This document shows, piece by piece, positions 36,503-44,351 of a DNA stretch of 64,000 nucleotides (the stretch's first letter is position 1; every line of letters begins with the position of its first letter). The DNA comes from a bacterium (GTDB lineage: Bacteria; UBP15; UBA6099; JAJRTR01). The notes beneath the pieces are model-generated. The model was not told the DNA's origin. It did no database searches and saw only the letters and a list, made by a program, of their open reading frames with translations. A program made the position numbers and the translations under genes. The stretch spans positions 6,716 to 70,715 of the forward strand of contig JAJRTR010000140.1 of assembly GCA_024278215.1 (NCBI GenBank). The letters are read 5' to 3'.

Positions 36503-36922
36503 TTGAGGATAAAAACCAGGGTCAGATACGCAGTCAGGCTTATGGCGGATATTATGATTCATGGTAAAGAAAACAATGTGCCTCTCAAAGATGTCGCCGA
36601 GCGCCAGAACCTCTCCAAAAGATACCTTTCCCATCTTGCAATCCACTTGAAAAATGCGCAGCTTCTCAAGAGCGTGTGGGGTATGAACGGTGGCTACAAG
36701 CTCGGGCGGCACGCATCCGAAATCAGGATAATCGACATTATGGAAGCAGTCGACGGACCTGTGAATATTATTGATTGCATATCCGACCCCACCTGCTGCG
36801 AAAGGCATGATTACTGCGAATGCCTGGAAGTATGGAAAGATATAAACAATGGTATCACGTCGACACTCAAGAGATATACGCTGGAGGATCTTGCCTGTGT
36901 TCCTGCTGTAGTGCAGGAGTAG
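36503..36922 (+). CDS. Rrf2-family transcriptional regulator (Cys-cluster type)
   Basis: RVRYAVRLMADI...LKDVAERQNLSKRYLSHL wHTH. Cys cluster DCISDPTCCERHDYCEC. TTG start, TAG stop. Confidence 0.85.
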   Translation: MRIKTRVRYAVRLMADIMIHGKENNVPLKDVAERQNLSKRYLSHLAIHLKNAQLLKSVWGMNGGYKLGRHASEIRIIDIMEAVDGPVNIIDCISDPTCCERHDYCECLEVWKDINNGITSTLKRYTLEDLACVPAVVQE

Positions 36923-37020
36923 CACGGCTTGAAATATGTTGTTCCAGGGACGCGAGTCGGGAATTGGATAGAAATTCCCGGCATGTTCCTATCCACCAAA
37001 AACCCAAAGGAGGCGGGCAA

Positions 37021-37569
37021 ATGTCCATTGCAGCTTTTACAAAGCCTGTAGAGACAAAAGTAGGAAGTACAAAAGTAAAGCTTCTTCGTGAAGACCTTAC
37101 TGCGCTTAAGGTAGACGCGTTTGTCTACTATGCGAGAGAGAACCTTGATATCGGGACGGGATACGGCACGGCGATCCAGATGCGGGGCGGGCTGGAGGTT
37201 AAAAAAGAGCTTGAGAAAATCGGGAGCATCAGGATGGGCGAGTGTGTCATTACAACCGCCGGCATGATGAACTGTGAGCATATTATTCATGTCTGCGGCC
37301 CCAAGTTTCTTGAACCCGACATCGAGAAAAAACTCCGCACCTGCATGGAAAATGTACTGAAGACGGCAAAGAAAAACGGACTGAAGACGCTGGCCCTGCC
37401 GCCCATGGGGACAGGATTCTACGGTGTGCCACTGCCTGTTTGCGTCAGCGTGATGATTGACACCATTACGCAGCATATCCGGGGCGGCACGACTCTCGAG
37501 GAAATCATCATTTGTGTCGTCGACAAGCGTGACTTCAACGCTTTTAAAGAAAAAGTCGCAAATCTCTGA
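37021..37569 (+). CDS. Macro-domain protein (ADP-ribose binding/hydrolase family)
   Basis: ATG 37021 is preceded by AAAGGAGG. LTALKVDAFVYYAREN, VITTAGMMNCEHIIHVCGP and LALPPMGTGFYGVP match macro-domain blocks. Confidence 0.8.
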   Translation: MSIAAFTKPVETKVGSTKVKLLREDLTALKVDAFVYYARENLDIGTGYGTAIQMRGGLEVKKELEKIGSIRMGECVITTAGMMNCEHIIHVCGPKFLEPDIEKKLRTCMENVLKTAKKNGLKTLALPPMGTGFYGVPLPVCVSVMIDTITQHIRGGTTLEEIIICVVDKRDFNAFKEKVANL

Positions 37570-37590
37570 GAAAAGGAGCATCAAGAAATT

Positions 37591-38337
37591 ATGGGAAATG
37601 AAATCAATCCGCTTGTAGAGTTCGCTGTACATCAACTCCACTGGGTTCTGTTGTTTATGGGCACGGTGTACGCTTTCAAGATCAGATGGATACTGAAGCA
37701 TCCGGCGGGTAAGGACCGACAGGCGCCCACCGGCGAAGCGAACCAGACCTCGAAGTCCGGCGCATGGTATTCCCTCTTCAGCATCGCCATGCCCTGGACC
37801 CTGAACAGTTATCGGGAAAAACCTATGATGTACGTGCAGTTTGTTATTTTTCATATATGTGTGGCGATGTCCATCACTATGACGATTGTCTTTTCATACA
37901 GGCCGGTGTGGCTGTCGGCCCCTGCCACTATCGCAGTGATTCAGGTGATATATGCCGCCGGTTTCATCGTAGGCCTGTACCGGCTGGCGCGCCGGGTTTT
38001 CTCACCGGTGATGCGCATGATAAGTTCGCCGGACGATTACTTCTCAATGGCGCTCCTCGTAGTGTGGGTGGGGTTCAGCTTCCTAGTGATCGGCCAGGCA
38101 CCGGCGTTCGCGGTGGCCATCGGCCAGCTCGACGCGTCGCAGGTCGCCAGTACTCAACTGAATGAAATACCGCTGATCGCTTATTATTTTCTGACGGCCT
38201 TCTTCCTCATCTATGTGCCGTTCAGCAAAATATCGCACTATATTTTTTATCCTTTCACCCGCTGGCATTTCGGCCAGACGATGGGGCACAGGGGTATCTA
38301 CCCGCTCAAGAGAATTGATAAGATGAAAGCAAGATGA
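37591..38337 (+). CDS. NarI/DsrM/HmcE-like membrane cytochrome b subunit
   Basis: Five or six TM helices, conserved His in helices, and the family motif VPFSKISHYIFYPF. 21 nt after the macro gene and 37 nt before the HdrD-like gene. Confidence 0.7.
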   Translation: MGNEINPLVEFAVHQLHWVLLFMGTVYAFKIRWILKHPAGKDRQAPTGEANQTSKSGAWYSLFSIAMPWTLNSYREKPMMYVQFVIFHICVAMSITMTIVFSYRPVWLSAPATIAVIQVIYAAGFIVGLYRLARRVFSPVMRMISSPDDYFSMALLVVWVGFSFLVIGQAPAFAVAIGQLDASQVASTQLNEIPLIAYYFLTAFFLIYVPFSKISHYIFYPFTRWHFGQTMGHRGIYPLKRIDKMKAR

Positions 38338-38374
38338 CCCGCGCTGTGCGCGAGAAACAATTAAGGAGACGGCA

Positions 38375-40120
38375 ATGGGAAAAACAAGATCATATAAAGC
38401 ACAAAAAGTTGTAGACCTGATGAAAGCTAAAACAAAGAGCCGGCAAATTATGTTGTCCCTGGAGTCCTGCGTAAAGTGCGGACAGTGCATCGACCAGTGC
38501 CACTATGTGCTGGCGAACCCGGACGACCCGACCTTCGCACCGCCCTACAAGGCGGACAAGTTGCGCAAGTTCTTCAAGGCGCACGAGGACTGGACCGGCA
38601 AGGTCATCCCCTGGTGGGTCGGCGCGAGAAGCATCTACACCGACGAGGAACTCGAGGAACTAAAAGATGTCGTGTTCGGCAAATGCACTGGATGCCGCCG
38701 ATGTTCCCTCGTATGCCCTATGGGTGTGGACATGGCCACGTTCAACGGCATGGCCCGCAATCTTCTCTATTCCGTCGGCATCATGCCCGAGGGCGTGTGG
38801 GCGGTGGCCAAAGACCAGTGGGAGATCGGCAACCAGATGGGTGTACTCAAGGAAGACTACCTGGATACACTCGAGTGGATGGAAGAAGAACTACAGTCCA
38901 AACACAACGACCCGAGCATAAAAATACCGATAGATAAAAAAGGCGCTGACATAATGTACACCATCAACCCGCGCGAAGCGAAGTACGACCCGCGCTCTAT
39001 AGCGGATGCCGCCGAGATATTTCATTTCGCCGGCGCCGACTGGTGTATGCCCAGCGAAGGCTGGGACATGACGAACTTCGGGCTGTTTGTGGGAGACCCG
39101 TCGCTGGGTGCCGCCGCATCAAGCAGGCTGTATACAGCAGCCCAGGAACTGGGGGTCAATAAGGTCGTCATCTCCGAGTGCGGACACGGCTACAGGTCCA
39201 CCAAATGCGAAGGGCCCAACTGGGCAAAGATGGACCTTGATTTCCCCATGGAAAGTTCCGTCATAACGATGCTCGACTACATCAAGCAGGGTAAAATAAA
39301 AGTTGACAAATCGAAGAACTCCGAAAAAGTCACATATCACGATTCCTGCAATTTCGCACGCAGCTGCGGCATGACCGAGGAGCCTCGCGAAGTGCTGAGC
39401 CTCGTATGCTCGGACATCCAGGAGATGTATCCCAACCGGCAGTGGAACTACTGCTGCACAGGCGGCGGCGGTGCGATGTCCATGTCGGAATACGCGCCCA
39501 TGCGTCTGAAATCCGCCAAGATCAAGGCGGAACAGCTCAGGGCCACCGGTGCGAAGATCGTCGTCACTTCCTGCCACAACTGCGTGGACGGCCTCACCGA
39601 CCTCATCAAGCATTATAACCTCGACATGAAGGTGACACAGCTTGTAAACCTCGTCGCAAACGCGCTTGTCGTGCCGGCGTCGAAAATGCCGAAGGTTATG
39701 AAAGAAGTCTCTATGCCTCTGGCCGGTAAAAAGATTCTTGTCATCGACGACGAACCGGATGTAAGAATATTCCTCACCAAAATATTCAAAGAGAACGGCT
39801 GTGAGGTTTTTGAAGCGCCGGATGCCAATCAGGGAATGAGGATTATCAGGGACAAGAACCCGGACCTCGTGTCTCTCGATATGATCCTGCCCCACAAAAC
39901 CGGTGAAAAACTGTATTGGGAACTTCGCAAAGACGAGAAATACAAAAAGCTCCCGGTTGTTATCGTTTCAGGCTATACGAAGATTGATGATCCGAAGATA
40001 GATTTCGACGCATTCCTGGAAGATAAGGGTATTCCCGCTCCCCAGGGCTTTGTGGAAAAACCGATTCATCCGGATGTGCTGATCGAGACAATATCGGGTG
40101 TGCTGCTCGAAAAGGTTTGA
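38375..40120 (+). CDS. HdrD/DsrK/HmcF-like Fe-S (CCG-domain) oxidoreductase fused to a C-terminal response-regulator receiver domain
   Basis: Two ferredoxin motifs (CVKCGQCIDQC, CTGCRRCSLVCP). CCG-type Cys motifs (ECGHGYRS, YHDSCNFARSCG, CCTGGGG, TSCHNC). Then KKILVIDDEPD...DLVSLDMILP...VEKPI receiver. Confidence 0.85.
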   Translation: MGKTRSYKAQKVVDLMKAKTKSRQIMLSLESCVKCGQCIDQCHYVLANPDDPTFAPPYKADKLRKFFKAHEDWTGKVIPWWVGARSIYTDEELEELKDVVFGKCTGCRRCSLVCPMGVDMATFNGMARNLLYSVGIMPEGVWAVAKDQWEIGNQMGVLKEDYLDTLEWMEEELQSKHNDPSIKIPIDKKGADIMYTINPREAKYDPRSIADAAEIFHFAGADWCMPSEGWDMTNFGLFVGDPSLGAAASSRLYTAAQELGVNKVVISECGHGYRSTKCEGPNWAKMDLDFPMESSVITMLDYIKQGKIKVDKSKNSEKVTYHDSCNFARSCGMTEEPREVLSLVCSDIQEMYPNRQWNYCCTGGGGAMSMSEYAPMRLKSAKIKAEQLRATGAKIVVTSCHNCVDGLTDLIKHYNLDMKVTQLVNLVANALVVPASKMPKVMKEVSMPLAGKKILVIDDEPDVRIFLTKIFKENGCEVFEAPDANQGMRIIRDKNPDLVSLDMILPHKTGEKLYWELRKDEKYKKLPVVIVSGYTKIDDPKIDFDAFLEDKGIPAPQGFVEKPIHPDVLIETISGVLLEKV

Positions 40121-40252
40121 CTTTACAATGTTCGTGAAATAATGACCGCGTGGAAGAATGGGGCCGGGCACTGGAGTAATAACGTAATTATTCGGAAATG
40201 GCTGAGACACTGGATTCGTGTGTCGGCGCCCATTGTAACCCGGAGGTGAAGA

Positions 40253-41725
40253 ATGGCAACTGAAACTCTGGCGGAAAACGGCACAGGTAAACTTGATGTC
40301 CACGAACTTGTTTGTGAAAGACTCTTCGACGAGGTGCCCTGCTATATCTCGATCCAGGACCGCGATTTCCGGATAGTCGAGGCAAACAGTAAGTTTGAAA
40401 AAGAATTCGGCAAACGCATCGGCGAGTTCTGCTACAAGGTATACAAGGGCACGGACCACGTGTGCCCCGACTGCCCTATAGAAGTGACATTCAGCGACGG
40501 CAGGGAGCAGACGCGGGAAATTGTCATATTCGACCGCAAGGGCCTGCCCCGCGACATGCTGGTCGTCACAAAACCTCTTCGCGACAACATCGGCAACATC
40601 GTTTGCGTCATGGAAATGTTCACCGACATCACCGTGACCAAAGAACTCCAGAAACGACTCAAAGACAGCCTGACACGTTATCACACTCTGTTCGACAGAG
40701 TGCCGTGTTTCGTTTCCGTGCAGGACCGCGACTTCAGGATCATGGAAGCAAACCAGATGTTCGAGGACAGCTTCGGAGAGCGGCGCGGCGAGTTGTGCTA
40801 CAAAGTCTACAAGCAACGGGACGAGCGTTGCGAGGAATGCCCGGTCGCTAAAACATTCGAGGACGACCGTGTGCACAGCAGCTAGGAAGTCCTCATCACC
40901 GGCGACGGCAGTCAGATGAATGTCATGGTTTACACGTCGCCTATAAAGGATAACAGCGGGAACACTGTGGCGGTTATGGAAATGCTCACCGACATAACGC
41001 AGGTCCGCAAACTTCAGGAGGAACTCGCGCGTGTGGGCAAACTGGTAGCCAGCGCGGCCCACGGCGCCAAAAACGTGATAGACGGCCTGCGCGGCGGCGT
41101 TTATGTGCTCAACATCGGCCTGCGCGACGGAGACCAGGAAAGTATAGACACCGGCTGGGACATGGTCAAAAGAAACGTGGACCGCGTTTCCGCTATGGTC
41201 ATGGACATGCTCTACTGTGCGAAGGAGAGAACCCCGCGCCGACTGGCGGTCTCTGTGCCGGAGATCGCCCGCGAGGTGATCGAACTCTACAGCAAACGCG
41301 CCAAAGACCGCAATGTGACACTGTCGGGCGAAATAGACGATGTCGAAACTATCACGGCGGACCCTAAAGATATTCACTCCATGCTGGCCAACCTGGTGAC
41401 AAATGCCATAGACGCCTGCGGAGAAGTCGAGGACACCGAACGCGAGTTCAACGTTACATTAAGGGTTTTTCAGGATGATGATAAGATCATTATTGAAGTC
41501 GAGGACAACGGGATCGGCATTGGCGACGAAGCAAAAAAGAAACTGTTCAACGTCTTCTACTCGACCAAAGGCGCGTTCGGCACCGGGTTCGGCCTGCTGG
41601 TGTCGCACAAAGTCGCCACGGAACACGGCGGCGAGATATCCGTTTCTTCGGAAAGAAACAAAGGCGCTAAATTTATTGTAAAGCTGCCTTCGAGTAATAC
41701 TCTGGACCCCGAAGCCGGGGAATAA
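40253..41725 (+). pseudogene. Cytoplasmic double-PAS (Cys-rich) histidine kinase interrupted by one in-frame TAG (40883..40885): pseudogene or read-through gene
   Basis: ORFs 40253..40885 and 40916..41725 share one frame. The sequence across the stop (FEDDRVHSS*EVLITGDGSQMNVMVYTSPIKDNSGNTVAVMEMLTDIT) aligns with the first PAS module (FSDGREQTREIVIFDRKGLPRDMLVVTKPLRDNIGNIVCVMEMFTDIT). The downstream part has an H-box (ASAAHGAKN) and HATPase (DNGIGI, GTGFGL). Confidence 0.7.
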
Positions 41726-41811
41726 CTTGCATCTGCGCCCACGCAACGACTGCGTGGTGACACACGCTATATTGTTTCGCGACGATATAAATAATATTAA
41801 AAGGGGAAAAC

Positions 41812-42216
41812 ATGAAAAAGATACTTGTGGTGGACGACGAGAAAGACATCCGGATATTCCTGAAGAAACTCATGGAGGAGAACGGATACAGCGTATCATG
41901 CGCGACAGACGGAGAATAGGCGCTTTCGTGCATATCGAGTGAAAAACCGGACCTGATAACACTGGACATGTCCATGCCCAACAAATCGGGAATCAGGTTC
42001 TACCGGGAATTGCGCGACCATGCGGAAACCGCCACGATCCCTGTCATAGTAGTCACAGGCATCACCGGCCAGGGCGGTTCCGACGACACGGAACGGTTCC
42101 TGAAAACAAGAGGAAGCATCCCGCCGCCCGAAGCGTTCGTGCCGAAGCCGATTGATGAACGCGAACTCATAGACACTGTCGGCAAACTGTTGAACAAAGA
42201 AAAAGCGGCGTTCTGA
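41812..42216 (+). pseudogene. Stand-alone receiver-domain response regulator interrupted by one in-frame TAG (41917..41919): pseudogene or read-through gene
   Basis: ATG 41812 is preceded by AAGGGGA. MKKILVVDDEKDIRIFLKKLMEENGYSVSCATDGE*ALSCISSEKPDLITLDMSMPNKSG... stays in one frame to TGA 42216. It is a paralog of the receiver fused to the HdrD-like protein. Confidence 0.7.
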
Positions 42217-42217
42217 C

Positions 42218-42703
42218 GTGAAGTTTTCAACCAAAGCAAGATATGCTGTCAGGCTGATGATAGACATTGCCGAACACAGCGTGGATACCCAGCCTGTGCA
42301 GATAAAAGAAATATCTGCCAGGCAGGGTATATCCGAGCGCTATCTCGGGCAACTCGTTATTTCATTAAAAAACAAAGGACTCATCCGCGGAATCAGCGGC
42401 AAAAGCGGCGGCTATCTCCTTGCGAAACAACCAGCGAATATCAGAATCAGCGACATCATCGAGACGATGATCGGACAGATAAATGTTGTTGATTGCGTGC
42501 GAAATCCCGACGCATGCGACAAGACCGGTTTTTGTGAGATGAGAAAAATTTATTCGCTTGTGAACGACCGCATACTCGAGACGCTCGCAGGTTTCACACT
42601 GGCGGCAGTAGTCGAGTCGAGAAAAAACGCCCCGCCTCATACGGATTCGTGCACTGGTTGTGAAAAATGCTCCGTTCGAGACCTTTGCAGCACCAGCTTC
42701 TGA
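42218..42703 (+). CDS. Rrf2-family regulator with an extra C-terminal Cys motif
   Basis: GTG start 1 nt after the receiver stop. KARYAVRLMIDI wHTH. Cluster motif DCVRNPDACDKTGFC plus tail CTGCEKCSVRDLC. Confidence 0.8.
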   Translation: MKFSTKARYAVRLMIDIAEHSVDTQPVQIKEISARQGISERYLGQLVISLKNKGLIRGISGKSGGYLLAKQPANIRISDIIETMIGQINVVDCVRNPDACDKTGFCEMRKIYSLVNDRILETLAGFTLAAVVESRKNAPPHTDSCTGCEKCSVRDLCSTSF

Positions 42704-42776
42704 GCTTACTTAACTCTCCCGGCGACATACATAGCGGCTGAACGAAAACTTGTATTGTTGTTTGTTTTATATAACT

Positions 42777-43640
42777 TCAGACAGTGCAGCAGGTGCGGAT
42801 GAATGAAAGCTGGTCCCATTGCGCGAGCTCGTCGGCGACAGCGCGGGCTGTTTTCTCGTTTTCGCAGAGCCCGAAGATTGTCGAGCCGCTACCTGTCATG
42901 CGTGCCGCGGCGCAGCCCTCGTCCAGGAGCCGCCGCCTGATCTCGACAAGTTGCGGATACTTCGCGAAGACCACATCCTCGAATGAATTATAGAGAAGTG
43001 CGCATATATAACCGAAGTCGCCCTGTTCTATCTTTGAGGCGAGTTCCTTTTCGTCGATCTCTTTATCGCCTTTATAGTCTTTTATCCATTTATACGCTTC
43101 GCCTGTGGAAACGGCGGTTTCCGGTTTGGCGAGCACCAGCCAGAGAGGTTCGGAAAAAGGAGGAAGCTGCGAGAGTTCCGCGCCGCGCCCACGGCCAATG
43201 GCCGAACCGCCCGCGATAAAGAATGGTACGTCCGTGCCCACTTTCGCGCCTATCTCGCGCATCCGGTCATCACTCATGCCCAGGTCGAACATACGGTTCG
43301 TTCCGACAATCACGGAAGCGGCGTTGCTGCTGCCGCCGGCGAGTCCCGATCCGAGTGGTATCTCTTTCTCGAGCGAAATCTCGACAGGTTGTTCCAGTTC
43401 GGCGGCGGCTTTCATAGCTTCGTAAGCCTGTATGCACAGGTTGCGCTTTCCGAACGGAATGGTAGTGTCGTGGCTGCGCAGTACACAGTATTCGTTTTTC
43501 GACTTTTCGATAATTATCTCGTCGGCGAGGTCGATTGTGTGCAGCCAGGTGAGAACATTGTGATACCCGTCAGGGCGCTTTCCCTTGATATCGAGGAAAA
43601 GATTTATTTTTGCGGGGGAAGTGAGTACTATTCTGTTCAA
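42777..43640 (-). CDS. ispE: 4-diphosphocytidyl-2-C-methyl-D-erythritol kinase
   Basis: PAKINLFLDIKGKRPDGYHNV and GHMP motif IPLGSGLAGGSSNAAS. Start trimmed to TTG 43640 just after the upstream TPR gene stop. The ORF track runs to 43736. Confidence 0.8.
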   Translation of the reverse strand: MNRIVLTSPAKINLFLDIKGKRPDGYHNVLTWLHTIDLADEIIIEKSKNEYCVLRSHDTTIPFGKRNLCIQAYEAMKAAAELEQPVEISLEKEIPLGSGLAGGSSNAASVIVGTNRMFDLGMSDDRMREIGAKVGTDVPFFIAGGSAIGRGRGAELSQLPPFSEPLWLVLAKPETAVSTGEAYKWIKDYKGDKEIDEKELASKIEQGDFGYICALLYNSFEDVVFAKYPQLVEIRRRLLDEGCAAARMTGSGSTIFGLCENEKTARAVADELAQWDQLSFIRTCCTV

Positions 43641-43644
43641 TTTT

Positions 43645-44334
43645 TTATGCGCTTTCTGCGAATTGGATAAATCTGCGAGCGACGGAGTCGTCGGGATCGA
43701 TACGCAGAGCCCTGTTGAACGCCGCCGCCGCCTCATCCATCATGCCGCGTGTAAAGTAGGCGATGCCGAGATTTCTGAATGCCTTTGCCGAATCGGGTAT
43801 GAGCCTTGCGGCTTCTTCCCAGTGTGAGATGGAACTGTCCAGATCGTTCATGGCGCGTTTGCCGAAAGCGACGCCGAGACTATAGTGAAAACGGTAGTTT
43901 TCCGGGTCCTGCGTCAGTGCCGATTGCAGAAGGTCGATGGCCTCGGTGTATCGTTGTTGTGCTATGTACATGCGCCCGAGCTGTGAAAGGTAATGCAGGT
44001 TGGCCGGGTCGCCGCGCAGGGCGGTTTCCATGCAGGGAACAGCTTTCTCGAGGTCGCCTCTCTCGTAGCAGACGTCCGCCAGCAGGCCCAGGGCTTCGAG
44101 CCAGTCGGGGTCGAGCTCCAGCGCGCGAGACAGTTTTTCTTCCGCCTCGGCCAGGCGGCCTTCCCTGTAGGCCATCTCGCCAAGTGATTTGTACGGATAG
44201 GGAAACGCGGCGTCTTCGTTCAGAGCGTTGTTGAACTCGCGCGCGGCGTTTTCCATGTCGCCGTCGCGTTCATAGCGGATGCCGAGGTTGTAGTGATGCG
44301 TCGCCCTGTCATGTGCGTTGTTGCCGTTTGTCAT
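43645..44334 (-). CDS. TPR-repeat protein
   Basis: ATG 44334 (MTNGNNAHDRATHHYNLG), after the pyrF stop. Repeated TPR units (AAREFNNAL, AEEKLSRALELDP, AVPCMETALRGDP ...). Confidence 0.7.
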   Translation of the reverse strand: MTNGNNAHDRATHHYNLGIRYERDGDMENAAREFNNALNEDAAFPYPYKSLGEMAYREGRLAEAEEKLSRALELDPDWLEALGLLADVCYERGDLEKAVPCMETALRGDPANLHYLSQLGRMYIAQQRYTEAIDLLQSALTQDPENYRFHYSLGVAFGKRAMNDLDSSISHWEEAARLIPDSAKAFRNLGIAYFTRGMMDEAAAAFNRALRIDPDDSVARRFIQFAESA

Positions 44335-44351
44335 ATTGGTTTTATCTTTTA

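Noticed and set aside
36811-37854. 347-aa minus-strand ORF opposite the macro and cytochrome-b genes
   Set aside because: It spans two + strand genes that both have an RBS and family motifs. No recognisable domain.
38375-40120. Selenocysteine (in-frame TGA) in the HdrD-like protein
   Set aside because: The ORF is uninterrupted from start to its terminal TGA. No internal TGA or SECIS-like hairpin was seen.
39968-41377. 469-aa minus-strand ORF opposite the kinase locus
   Set aside because: It lies antisense to the receiver, PAS and kinase coding sequence, which carries unmistakable motifs on the + strand. Composition is H/V/A/F/R-biased, typical of shadow ORFs.
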